Below are positions 46,775 to 57,799 of a stretch of 64,000 nt of DNA, one piece after another. The first letter of the stretch is position 1. Every line of letters starts with the position of its first letter. The notes beneath the pieces were generated by a model, which saw nothing but the letters and a program-made list of their open reading frames with translations, was not told the DNA's origin and searched no databases. Source of the stretch: Chrysemys picta bellii (lineage: Eukaryota); assembly GCF_011386835.1 (NCBI RefSeq), contig NC_088806.1:31682001-31746000 (forward strand). Reading direction: 5' to 3'. The position numbers and the translations under genes are program-made.

Positions 46775-46904
46775 GGAAGCAACTAGAGCCCATCTGTCCA
46801 GGCAAGGGGTCAGGAGAGGGTTGCCAATGAATCATTCTGCTGGGCCAGGCAGACAGGATGCCCTCCACCTACCCCACATGAGCTGGGGCAAGGGGAGCCT
46901 AGAT

Positions 46905-47245
46905 CAGGGGTTCTCAACCATTTTCTTTGAGCCCCCCCTCCTCCCCAATAAAAACTCCATGGTCCAACTGTGCCACCACAACTTTTTCTGCGTATAAAAG
47001 CCGGGGCTGCCGTTAGCAGGTAGCAAACAGGGAAATTGTCCGGGGCCCTGTGCCACAGGGGGCCCTGCAAAGCTAAGTTGCTCAGGCTTCGGCTTCAGCC
47101 GCAGGTGGTGGGGCTCAGGACCCTGGGCTGCAGTCCTGTGCGTCAGGGCTTTGGTTTTCTGCCCTGGGCCCTAGAAATTCTAATGCCAGCCATGCTTGGC
47201 AGACCTCCTCAAACCTGCTTGCGGCCCCCTGGTTAAGAACCACTG
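46905..47245. mobile_element. hAT-Charlie/MER5-like MITE in the TTC36 3' region
   Basis: TIRs CAGGGGTTCTCAACC / GGTTAAGAACCACTG; TSD GCCTAGAT/GTCTAGAT (7 of 8). Confidence 0.88.
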
Positions 47246-47640
47246 GTCTAGATTGGTGCATCCTGAGCAATGGCCAGATGTTTGTGGGGAAGTTTGTCTT
47301 TTGCAGAGCCTGAGGCATCTCAATCCTGGCAGCCTCTGCTGGCCTGGCACAGGGCATGATCTGCAGTGTCTTTGTCACAGGCTGGTTCCCAGATGAGGCC
47401 TCCAGGCAGGTGAGCCACCTGGCAGGGCCTCCCCAGGAGATGGGCCACTGTGTACAAACCAGCACAAGCCACTTCCTCCCCAGAAGCATTGTCGTTTCTA
47501 GTAAAGCGTTAGAACCTCATGAGTGGCTCAGAATCACACCATATTCAGGACAGGCCTCCCCTGCGGCCATTTCTCTCACTTGCCTGCTCCAGAGAAGAGC
47601 TGACCCTGCTTCAGCTTGGGCACTGTTCTTCCCTATCCCA

Positions 47641-47646
47641 AATAAA
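47641..47646 (+). terminator. Candidate TTC36 poly(A) signal
   Basis: AATAAA followed by GU/U-rich sequence. Confidence 0.5.
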
Positions 47647-47845
47647 CTCTCGAGTTTGACTGGTGCTTGGCTCCAGTTGTCTGGATGTAATTAATGTTCT
47701 TTTCACTTTTAGATGTAAGTAGTAATGAAAGAGTGCTCTGAAAAAACCCAGCCCCTTCCTGTGTCCCTAGCAAATGTAGCCATTGGGTTCTTCGGTTCCC
47801 CAGGTCCTTGTTCACATGTCACTCAGCTGGGGCCTGGAACTACAC

Positions 47846-48075
47846 TGGCCTATGTCAGTAACAGTAGCCCAGTGGACTGGGTCTTTGGAAACAGGATTCG
47901 ATTCCCTGCTCTGGCCCGGATTCACTGTGGGATCATGGGCCAGTCACTCAGTCTTTCTGCCTTGGTCCCTTCATGCGTTTGGCTTGTCTTTTTAAACAGC
48001 GTTTTGAGGCAGGGACTCTCTCCATGTGCACATTCAGCACTTAACACAATGGGGCCTCGATCGTGACTGGGGCTT
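47846..48075 (+). mobile_element. MIR-like SINE
   Basis: ggactggg...gattcgattccctgctctg...gccagtcact...cagcacttaacacaatggggcc. Confidence 0.55.
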
Positions 48076-48399
48076 CTCTCTCTTCCTCTTCGATGGTGGT
48101 CTGTGAACTGATTGCTTTCCTAAGGCCGGCAGTGGCTTAAGGACACTCTGTCCTTTCATTTGCTTGCACTCCCTCTCCGGGCCCAGCATGATGCGGTTGT
48201 GTTTCGGTCTCCAGCACTGACCCCCGCGGCCTGTCTAGCTTCAAACATTTCCCACTTGAAATCATGGCAAACACCCCTCTTGACACGGGTTTTTAACCCT
48301 CTTTTCATTTTGTTTCCAGAACATAAGGTCTAGTTCTAAGCTAGGTCAGAATCGGGTAGGGGGCAGAGACTGGGCCTGCTCCATCCTAGCCCACAGCAT

Positions 48400-49450
48400 T
48401 GGCCTGGGGTTGCCCAACGGGCATTTTACATAGTAACTGTGTGCGGTAAAATCACAGTAGCACCAGTTAATCCGACCGAAGCGTTCACACGAGCCAGCGG
48501 CCCCTGGTGTGACCGGATCCGGTTCGGATTGGTGTCAGGTCGAGCCTTTGGCTCCACCCTCCAGCCAATGGGGTCGCAGCCAGGCTGCAGCGCCGGCCCC
48601 AAGCGAGGCTGGGACTGCAGCGGGCGGGCGCGGAGCCAGGGCCGGGCCGGGCCGCTCCGCGAGCTCCGGGCAGCTGCCGCCGGGCCGCGCCGCGTCGTGG
48701 GGCCGCCCCGCCGGGATGGGCGGGACGCTGCCCGCGGCCCCTGCAGCGCCCCCAGGTAACCGCCCGCAGCGAGCCGGGAGCTGCAGCCGCCGCGTGCTCG
48801 GGGCTCGCTCGCAGCAGAGCTGGGGGGGCCCCGGCCGGGCATCGGCTGCAGCCCGTGCGCCACCCCGGCGCCTCTGCGCCAGGTGTCCCGTGTGCCCCGT
48901 GTGCGCGAGCCCTGCCCGTGTGCCCCGTGTGCGCGAGCCCTGCCCGTGTGCCCCGTGTGTGCGAGCCCTGCCTGTGTGCCCCGTGTGTGCGAGCCCTGCC
49001 CGTGTGCCCCGTGTGTGCGAGCCCTGCCCGTGTGCCCCGTGTGCCCCCTGTGGGCGAGCCCTGCCCGTGTGCCCCGTGTGTGCGAGCCCTGCCCGTGTGC
49101 CCCCTGTGGGCGAGCCCTGCCCGTGTGCCCCGTGTGTGCGAGCCCTGCCCGTGTGCCCCCTGTGGGCGAGCCCTGCCCGCTGCGTGTGTGAGGGCCAAGC
49201 CCTGGGTGTGCCTGCCTGCGCATGTGCCCCGTGAAGGCGCACCATGGGGACAGGTGAGTGCGTGTGCCGTGGGGGGTTTGGTGTGAAACCTCCCCCTCCA
49301 CCCGCCCCCGGTAATTCCCAGGGTGGAGGCCTGGCTGGGGCTGTGCTGACAGACCCAGACCTGCAGTTTGGGTGGTTTCGCTCTGAGTGACGGGGTGGCC
49401 CCCGGAGGTCTCCAGGGTGTAGTGGGGGCCGCACAGCAACAGTTCATCCC
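48400..49450 (+). promoter_or_regulatory. CpG island, putative TMEM25 promoter and non-coding first exon(s)
   Basis: Very high GC and CpG; CCAAT boxes 48528 (reverse) and 48565; donors CAG|GTAACC (48755) and CAG|GTGAGT (49253); acceptor at 49673. Confidence 0.75.
48887..49179. repeat. 28-bp GC-rich minisatellite, about 10 copies
   Basis: Unit CCCGTGTGCCCCGTGTGYGCGAGCCCTG with variant CCCGTGTGCCCCCTGTGGGCGAGCCCTG. Confidence 0.95.
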
Positions 49451-49715
49451 CTAGCATCCGTGCCCCAGTGATGGATGTGTGAGAAACGCATGGGCAGACG
49501 CGCTGTACTGTTCACTGCCCCAGGTGTTAGCTAGGTGATCACCCCCTCGCTTGGCCAGGCAGGCAACAGACACAAGTTCAGGAGTGGGGGGATTCCCTCA
49601 GAGCCCACTCAAGGAGCGGCATCCCTGCTCCGCCCTCCCCATGGCACTCAGGTACCATCTGACTCTCTCCTAGCGCTGGGGCACTGGTGAAACTGGGGAC
49701 CCGAACAGAGCATAG

Positions 49716-49806
49716 ATGGGGCTCGCCAGGAACCTGGCCGGCTGCGGTGCCGCCCTCTCCCACGTGCTGCTGCTGCTGCTCCACATTGAGGTGCTGGTGC
49801 ATTCAG
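49716..49806 (+). CDS. TMEM25: TMEM25 coding exon 1 (signal peptide)
   Basis: MGLARNLAGCGAALSHVLLLLLHIEVLVHSG; GTAAGG donor; phase fits the Ig exon. Confidence 0.8.
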
Positions 49807-50266
49807 GTAAGGCCCTTGCGTGGAGGAGAGTGCCCGTGCCCTGGGCAGGCCTGGGCCCTGTGCATGGAGAGTCCATGCAGTTCTGGGACTGGACTTGCCC
49901 CCTGCCTCCATCCCTTGAGGGGCCCCCTGAAACAGAGTGAACAGGTGCCAAACCTAGCCCTCTGCATTGGCTGTGAGGCAGGAGGCTCCTGGAGGCCCTG
50001 CCTACCAAGACTCCCTTACCTGGTCTGCTGCAGCGTCCTGGGCCCAGGCCGGCCCAGCTCCCCAGCGGCTGTCTCAGCCAGCTCAAAGCAGCCCCGCTTA
50101 GATTCAGCCTCCAGGGACTTGGTCCAGCCACCTAGAGCCTGTTTTTGTGTTGGTGACATGGATCCCTGGCGTGTATGGAGCGGAGGGGGGGGGGGGTGGT
50201 TCATAGGATGAGCTCCTGGCTCAAGTGTGCTGCTTTGATGGCTTTTCCCTCCTGATTCCCTGGCAG

Positions 50267-50578
50267 GGCTGGGGGAACCAGATCCCAAGATTAACGGGCA
50301 GTCACTGTTGGTGAGCACCATGCAGGAGGATGAGAGCCGGGACTTCACCTGCCAGGTGGACAGCTGGCAGGCCGTGCCCATGCTCACCTGGTACCTGAAT
50401 GGCAAGAAGCAGGAGACCAATGGTTCCACAGTGTTGACCACCTTGGCGGAGGCCTTTGAGCAGAGCTCCAGCACTTTCACAGTGACGGCACAGCGCGCAG
50501 ACAGGGAACTGAACTGCTCACTGACAGACCCGGCCTCTGGCAAGACCTCCAACGCCTCGGTGCTCCTCAACGTGCAGT
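50267..50578 (+). CDS. TMEM25: TMEM25 coding exon 2 (Ig-like domain)
   Basis: FTCQV...LTWYLNGKKQE...SSTFTVTAQRADRELNCSLTDP...NASVLLNVQ. Confidence 0.93.
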
Positions 50579-51603
50579 GTAAGGGCCGGCTCCTTGGGCT
50601 TTGCCAGGGCTCCTGCTCCGTGCGAGCCAGGTCCTTCGTTCAGAGAACTCGTTAGAGGAGAGACCAAGGGGCACCCCTCCCCACAACACACACCTTAATC
50701 CCATCTTGCAGCCCCTCTGCTATTCCAGCCATGCCCCTTCTTTCCCTCTACAGCTCTGCTAGTACCCCTTGATTCCAAGCCATGGCCCCTGGCTAGTCCA
50801 GCCCTGCCCCTTCTCTCCTCCCAAGCTCTGCCTGTGCCCCTCAATCCTGACCCCACTATTCCAGCCCTTCCATAAGCCCCCAGCTTTGCTGCTGTTCCTC
50901 AGTCCTGGCTCGCACCCCAAGCAGAGGCAGCTGGTCATACAGAGCTCTGAGGTAGACACAGTACCCTGGGCTCCACCAGATGTATTTCGCTGGAGATCTG
51001 AGAAAGGGTTGGGCTCAGCTCCCCTGAACAGAGAGGCTAACAAGGCCCCTCCTGCACTTTCTCCAGCCAAGTCCCAGGCACTTAGACACGATGGAATGGG
51101 AGAGGCTTCCTTCCCACCCATGCTTGTGTGTCTGGACCAAGGAGGCAGCCAGAGCAGGGGCTGGATTGGAAGGGGTTAATTGTGCAGTGCTCTGGATGCC
51201 CTGGCCAGTTGCAAGGAGGCTGTCATCATTATTCTCATTAGCAGCTAATTGGGGCCCTCAGGCGCTCTGTGCTGCCAGCACCTGAGGGATTTGAGCCCCG
51301 CACCTCGTAGTCAGATGTGCAGAGAACACAGGACACTGACCTGAATCTGGCACTAATAATAACGAAGCCTCCTCATTAAAATGCTGCACAAACATGAAAT
51401 TATGGGTTTTCCCTCCCATCGCTGAGACAAGAGGCCAAATTCAACTCTGGCAGAACCCTGCCCCATAGCTCATAAGTCCCTGCTCCCAGCCCACAGCCGT
51501 GAGCCCTGACCCCCAGATCCCTGCTCTAACCACTAGACCCCACTCCCTGTCCCCAGCTCTAACTGCTAGACCCTGCTGCCTCTCCAGGGTCAGCATTCAC
51601 TAG

Positions 51604-52044
<441 letters not shown>

Positions 52045-52504
52045 TGATTCACAAATCCAGCAAGGGTGGGAGAGGCTGCAGTCTGTGCAAGCAGGGCTGT
52101 GGGACAAGTACCTGAGTGAGGGGATGTCCATGGGGAACTGGATGTTCTAAGAGCTTGTGGGGATGGACACTTCTTTCCTATTACTGCCCTGTAGAGGAGC
52201 TGATACCTCCTTTGTCTCCCCAATATACACCTGGAGGGCCTCCTGGAGGGGAACGCCCTGTATCCTACTCCCTCCCCCCCCCCCGAAAGCATCTCTGTTT
52301 TGTGAGAACAATTTTACAGAGGAGCCCAGCTGTGCTTGACGCTCCCTGCTCCACCTTGGGGGAACTGGGTAGTGAATGTAGAGACTCATGTTATCCTTCT
52401 GAAGCGCAACGTCCCACAGCTGAGAGCAATTATGAGCCAAATCAGCTGAGAGGAAGAAAAAATGTGAATGATAGTTGGGAATACGTTAACAACACCTTAC
52501 TAGA

Positions 52505-52611
52505 TGCCTAGAAGCCCACAAGGAAGAACACCGTGTTGGTTAAAAAAACGACCTTTAAACCAGGTCGTTTTTTTAACCAACATGGTGTTCTTCCTTGTGG
52601 GCTTTTAGGCA
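52505..52611. repeat. Near-perfect inverted repeat, 50-bp arms, 7-nt loop
   Basis: 52505-52554 vs 52562-52611; 48 of 50 Watson-Crick pairs, two G.T. Confidence 0.97.
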
Positions 52612-53871
52612 CATATATAAAACAAATGGAAGAAAGGGGAAGTTAATAATAATGACTATAAATCAGAAGTTAAGAATTGTAGAAAATTAATAAGGGAAGC
52701 AAAAGGACACAACTCTGCTGGCCACAGATTTCTCCTTAAGGACTTTAAAAATATATTAGGAATAAAAAGAATCCTAACAATTATATCAGTCCACTGCTAG
52801 ATGGAAATGGTAAAATTATCAGTAATAATGCAGATAAGGCAGAAGTGTTCAATAAATATTTCTGTTCTGTATTTGGAGGAAAAACAGATGATATAGTCTC
52901 CTCACATGGTGATGATAACACTCTTTCCATTCCACTAATATCTCTGGAGAATGTTAAACAGAAGCTAGACATTTTTAAATAATCAGGTCCAGATAACTTG
53001 CATCCAGAAAATTGTAATAAATTGGCTGAGGAGCTCACTGAACTATTTATGTTTATTTCCAATAAGGCTTGGAGCACTGGGGAAGTTCCAGAAGACTAGG
53101 AGAAAGCTAATGTACCAATTAAAAAAAAAAGATTAAATGGGGCAACCCAGGTGATTGTAAGCCTGTCAACCTGACATCGATCTTGGGCCGGACAATGCAG
53201 TGGCTAATATGGGACTTGATTAATAAAGAATTAAAGAAGGATGTAATTAATGCAAATCAACATGGGTATATTGGAAAATAGATCCTGTCAAATCACTTGA
53301 TATCTTTTTTTGATGAGATTACAAATTTGGTTGATAAACGTAATAGTATTGACGAAATAGACTTCTGTAAGGCATTTAACTTGGTACTGCATGACATTTT
53401 GATTAAAAAAAAAAAAGTAGAATAATATAAAATTAACATAGCACACAGTAAATGGATTAAAAACTGGCTAACTGATGGGTCTCAAAATGTAATTGTAAAT
53501 GGGGAATCATCATCAACAATGTGTGTTTCCGGTGGGGTCCTGCAGGGACCGGTTCCCTTGGCCCTACGCTGTTTAACATTTTTATCAGTGTCCTGGAAGA
53601 AAACATAAAATCATCACTGATAAAGTTTGCAGGTGACCTAAAAAATATTGGGGGAGTGATAAACAATGAAAAGGACAGGTCACTGGTTCAGAGCAATCTG
53701 GATCGCTTGGTAAACTGGGTGCAAGCAAACAAAATATACATTTTAATACGGGTAAATGTATCCATCTAGGAGCAAAGAGTGCAGCCCATACTTACAGGAC
53801 GGGGGACTCTAGCCTGGGAAGCAGTGCCTCTGAAAAACACTTGGGAGTCATGGTGGATAATCAGCTGAACA

Positions 53872-53928
53872 CGTATCAGAGGGGTAGCCGTGTTAGTCTG
53901 AATCTGTAAAAAGCAACAGAGGGTCCTA
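53872..53928. mobile_element. 57-bp Penelope-like fragment inserted in the CR1
   Basis: 9-bp TSD AGCTGAACA (53863-71, 53929-37); gtatcagaggggtagccgtgttagtc. Confidence 0.65.
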
Positions 53929-54635
53929 AGCTGAACATGAGCTACTAGTGTGATGCTGTGGCCAAAAATGCTAATGAGATCTTGGCATGCATAAATAGGG
54001 GAATCTTGAGTAGGAGTAGAGATTTAACCTCTGTGTTTGGCACTGGTGCGACTGCTGCTGGAATCCTGTGTCCAGTTCTGGTGTCCGCAATTCAAGGGGG
54101 ATGTTGATAAATTGGAGACGGGTCAGAGAAGAGCCATCAGAATGATTAAAGGACTAGAAAACATGTTTTATAGGGATAGACTCAAAGAGCACTATTTATT
54201 TAGCTTAACAAAGAGACGGTTAAGGGGTGACTCGATTGCGGTCTATAAATATGTACATGGGGAGCAAATATTTAATAATGGGCCCTTCAGTCTACCAGAG
54301 AGAGAGAGGACAAGATCCAAGGGCTGGAAGTTGAAGCTAGACAAATTCAGAGTGGAAATAAGATGTCCCTGTTTAACGGTGAGAGTAATTAAGCACTGGA
54401 ACAATTTAGCAGGGGTTGTGGTGGATTCTCCATCACTGCTCTGGGAATTATTTGGGGCAAGTTCCCTGGCCTGTGTTATAAAGTCAGACTAGATGATCAC
54501 CATGGCCATTCCTGGCCTTGGAATCTATGGCTCCCCCATCACAGGTTCATATATGCCAGACAGCCTCTGGTGCCATATGGGAATGGCCAGTGAGCAAGCC
54601 CGGGGGTGGCGTAGGCCTGTGTGTGCTGCGTCTAG

Positions 54636-54929
<294 letters not shown>

Positions 54930-54981
54930 TAAAGGCCAGGATGCCAACTTTGCCCCTAACGCTCTCTCTCTTCTTTGCCAG

Positions 54982-55012
54982 GGCTCTCTGGACCTACACC
55001 GCCGCCTCCGAG
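54982..55012 (+). CDS. TMEM25: TMEM25 coding exon 5 (31 nt)
   Basis: Strong pyrimidine tract, CAG acceptor, GTAACC donor; only phase 1-to-2 bridge found. Confidence 0.8.
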
Positions 55013-55571
55013 GTAACCCACCCCTGCCCCTCGCTGTGGGGTCTGTTCTGACAGTACGTGGTGGAGGGGTAAAAGTGCCTTATTTATCCCCCTCCTCCAC
55101 CCTCACTGAACAGCCTGCAAACCCCCACCACACACCTGTGCCTGTCTCTTTAACCCCTTCACTGCTTTGGCATGTGCAGTTTTTGGGGAGGGTCTACTAG
55201 GAGCATGTGGGGATTGGCTCAGTTCCATGTGGTGGCCCCTGGGGCTGGGGTAAGTTTGGTGGTGTTGCAAGGTGCCAGATTCACAGTACTGGAGATTGGC
55301 GTCCTCTATCCCCAGAGCAGGGCCAGCCCGGGCACCCATGCCCTGCCCCGCCTTGGAGACCCTGTGTAGGGGCAAGAGGGGAGTCCTGGAGGGCCAGCTG
55401 GAGCGGACTGTAATTTGCGCCCTTGGGAGCTAGACTGACTCCTGCCAACTCACTTCACAGAGGGGCCCCAGCTGCTGTCTGGGGACAGTGTCAGTCCCTG
55501 CCAGGCGGGCAGGGCTCCCTAGCCAGACCTCCCCCCTCGAGCAGCGCTGGTTCCATGGGACATGGATGTAG

Positions 55572-55934
<363 letters not shown>

Positions 55935-56145
55935 TGAGCTTTTCCTGCATCTGTCTGGGGCAGCGGCTTCCCCTTTGATTGTAGGTCTGTACTTTGGGCT
56001 GGGTCCCTGCTGCATTTGGAGGGGGGGCTGGGACTGGACCGGTATCCCCAGGTAGGGGAGTCCCAGTTCTGATGGGGGCAGTACAGACATGTGGACACAA
56101 TGCGTGTGACTCCTCCTCACTCCAAACACCACCTTCCCCTGACAG

Positions 56146-56232
56146 CCAGCCGTGGAGACGCAGGAATCCAGACTGAGCGGAAGGACGATGCCCTATCAGA
56201 GCCAGAGAACAGCCTGGGCCTTGGTAATAGAG
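56146..56232 (+). CDS. TMEM25: TMEM25 coding exon 7
   Basis: ASRGDAGIQTERKDDALSEPENSLGLGNRG; AG/GT bounded, phase 1-1; weak similarity. Confidence 0.72.
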
Positions 56233-56340
56233 GTAACAAGTCTGGGCAGCTCTCTAGGGGCCGGGAGTGGATCTGGGAAAGGTGGTTCCAGCCTGTGATG
56301 GACTAGTGCAAATGGCTCACTACTGGGTGCAGTGTCAGCT

Positions 56341-56915
56341 CATCATTCTGGGATGTATTAGCAGAAGTGTGGTAAGCAAGACACAGGAAGTAAGTCTTCC
56401 GCTCTACTCCACGCTGATTAGGCCTCAACTGGAGTATTGTATCCAGTTCTGGGCACCAATTTCAGGCAAGATGTGTACAAATTGGAGAAAGTCCAGAGAA
56501 GAGCAACAAAAATGATTAAAGGTCTAGAAAACATGACCTATAAGGGAAGACTGAAAAAATTGGGTTTGTGAAGACTGAGAGAGGACATAACAGTTTTCAA
56601 ATACATAAAAGGTTGTTACAAGGAGGAGGGAGAAAAATTATTATTGTTAACCTCAGAGGATAGGACAAGAAGCAATAGGCTTAAATTGCAGCAAGGGAGG
56701 TTTAGGTTGGACATTAGGAAAAACTTCCTAACTGTCAGGGTGGTTAAGCACTGGAATAAATTGCCTAGGGAGGTTGTGGAATCTCCATCAGTGGGGATTT
56801 TTAAGAACAGGTTGGACAAACACCTGTCAGGGATGGTCTAGCTAATTCTTAGTCTTGAGTGCAGGTGACTGGACTAGATGACCTCTCGAGATCCCTTCCA
56901 GTTCTATGATTCTAT
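56341..56915 (+). mobile_element. CR1 LINE 3' fragment
   Basis: RPQLEYCIQFWAP remnant; TTCTATGATTCTAT tail. Confidence 0.92.
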
Positions 56916-56921
56916 AACGCA

Positions 56922-57268
56922 AGAACTGGGGGTGGTGGTCACCAAATGAAATTAATAGGCAGCAGGTTTAAAACAAACTAAAGGAAGTATTTCTTCACAC
57001 AATGCACAGTCAACCTGTAGAACTGTTTGCCAGAGGATGTTGTGAGGGCCAAGACTATAACAGAGTTCAAAAAAGAACTAGATAAATTAATGGAGGATAG
57101 GTCCATCAATGGCTATTAGGGCAGGGAGGGTGTCCCTAGCCTGTTTTCCCAAAGCTGGGAATGGGCAATGGGATGGATCACTTGATGATTACCTGTTCTG
57201 TTCATTCCCTCTGGGGCACCTGGCATTGGCCACTGTCGGAAGACAGGATACTGGGCTAGATGGACCCC
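56922..57268 (+). mobile_element. Second CR1 subfamily 3' fragment (PsCR1-like)
   Basis: ggtcaccaaatgaaattaataggcagcaggtttaaaac...gatactgggctagatggacc. Confidence 0.8.
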
Positions 57269-57329
57269 CCGTTCCGTCTCCTCCACCTAGCACGCCCTGC
57301 CTGTGCTCCTCCCACTTGCTGGTGATCAG

Positions 57330-57446
57330 CAGGCACCGGGGGAGAGGGAGGAGGTGATTGGCAGGGCTGCTGTTGGGTGCTGAGCACCCACTATTTTTTT
57401 TCCAGGGGTCTCCAGCCCTGGAGCACCCACAGAGTGGGCGCCTGTG
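57330..57446 (-). mobile_element. Non-autonomous DNA transposon terminus
   Basis: Repeated GAGCACCCAC subterminal motifs ending gggcgcctgtg. Confidence 0.5.
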
Positions 57447-57725
57447 GGTCTGATCCCGTAGGGCTGGTCTTATCTTCTTAATATTATTTAATTTACATGT
57501 TTAGATCTTTGCATAGATTGTCATTATTCAAACCTATTTAACTTAAATACTAAAATGGGCTGAAAGTGGAGGGGCTGGTAGGCAACTTGCATGATACACT
57601 TTGAAATGGCCGAGAGTTGGGGCTTTAGCGAGCCTGGGAACAGTGTACCACCTGCATCCCCTGACCCACAACCTGGGCTGACTGTGCAGCAGGGCCCTTG
57701 TAATGGGATTTCTTTTGTCCTCCAG

Positions 57726-57799
57726 GTTTCGGCCGGTTCCCGATGGTTGGGAACATTTACAAAGTGTCCAGCATGAGCAGTGATGAGATCTGGCTGTGA
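57726..57799 (+). CDS. TMEM25: TMEM25 coding exon 8, TGA stop; total CDS 1119 nt, 372 aa
   Basis: GFGRFPMVGNIYKVSSMSSDEIWL* matches the conserved TMEM25 C-terminus. Confidence 0.95.

Larger units (their letters stand above)
52430..54529 (+). mobile_element. Decayed CR1 LINE (ORF2 remnants and 3' end) in a TMEM25 intron
   Basis: KNVNDSWEY, DKLETGQRRAIRMIKGLE remnants; 3' tail ...gactagatgatcac...aatctatg. Confidence 0.88.

Noticed and set aside
48887-49179. CRISPR-like array
   Set aside because: Tandem units with no unique spacers, no cas genes, vertebrate context
48426-49457. Several 240-340 aa ORFs on both strands over the CpG island
   Set aside because: Artefacts of a GC-rich, stop-free minisatellite; products are low-complexity repeats open in multiple frames at once
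54037-54492. 151-aa ORF in a TMEM25 intron, and ORFs 61172-63301, as host genes
   Set aside because: CR1 ORF1/ORF2 remnants with stops and frameshifts
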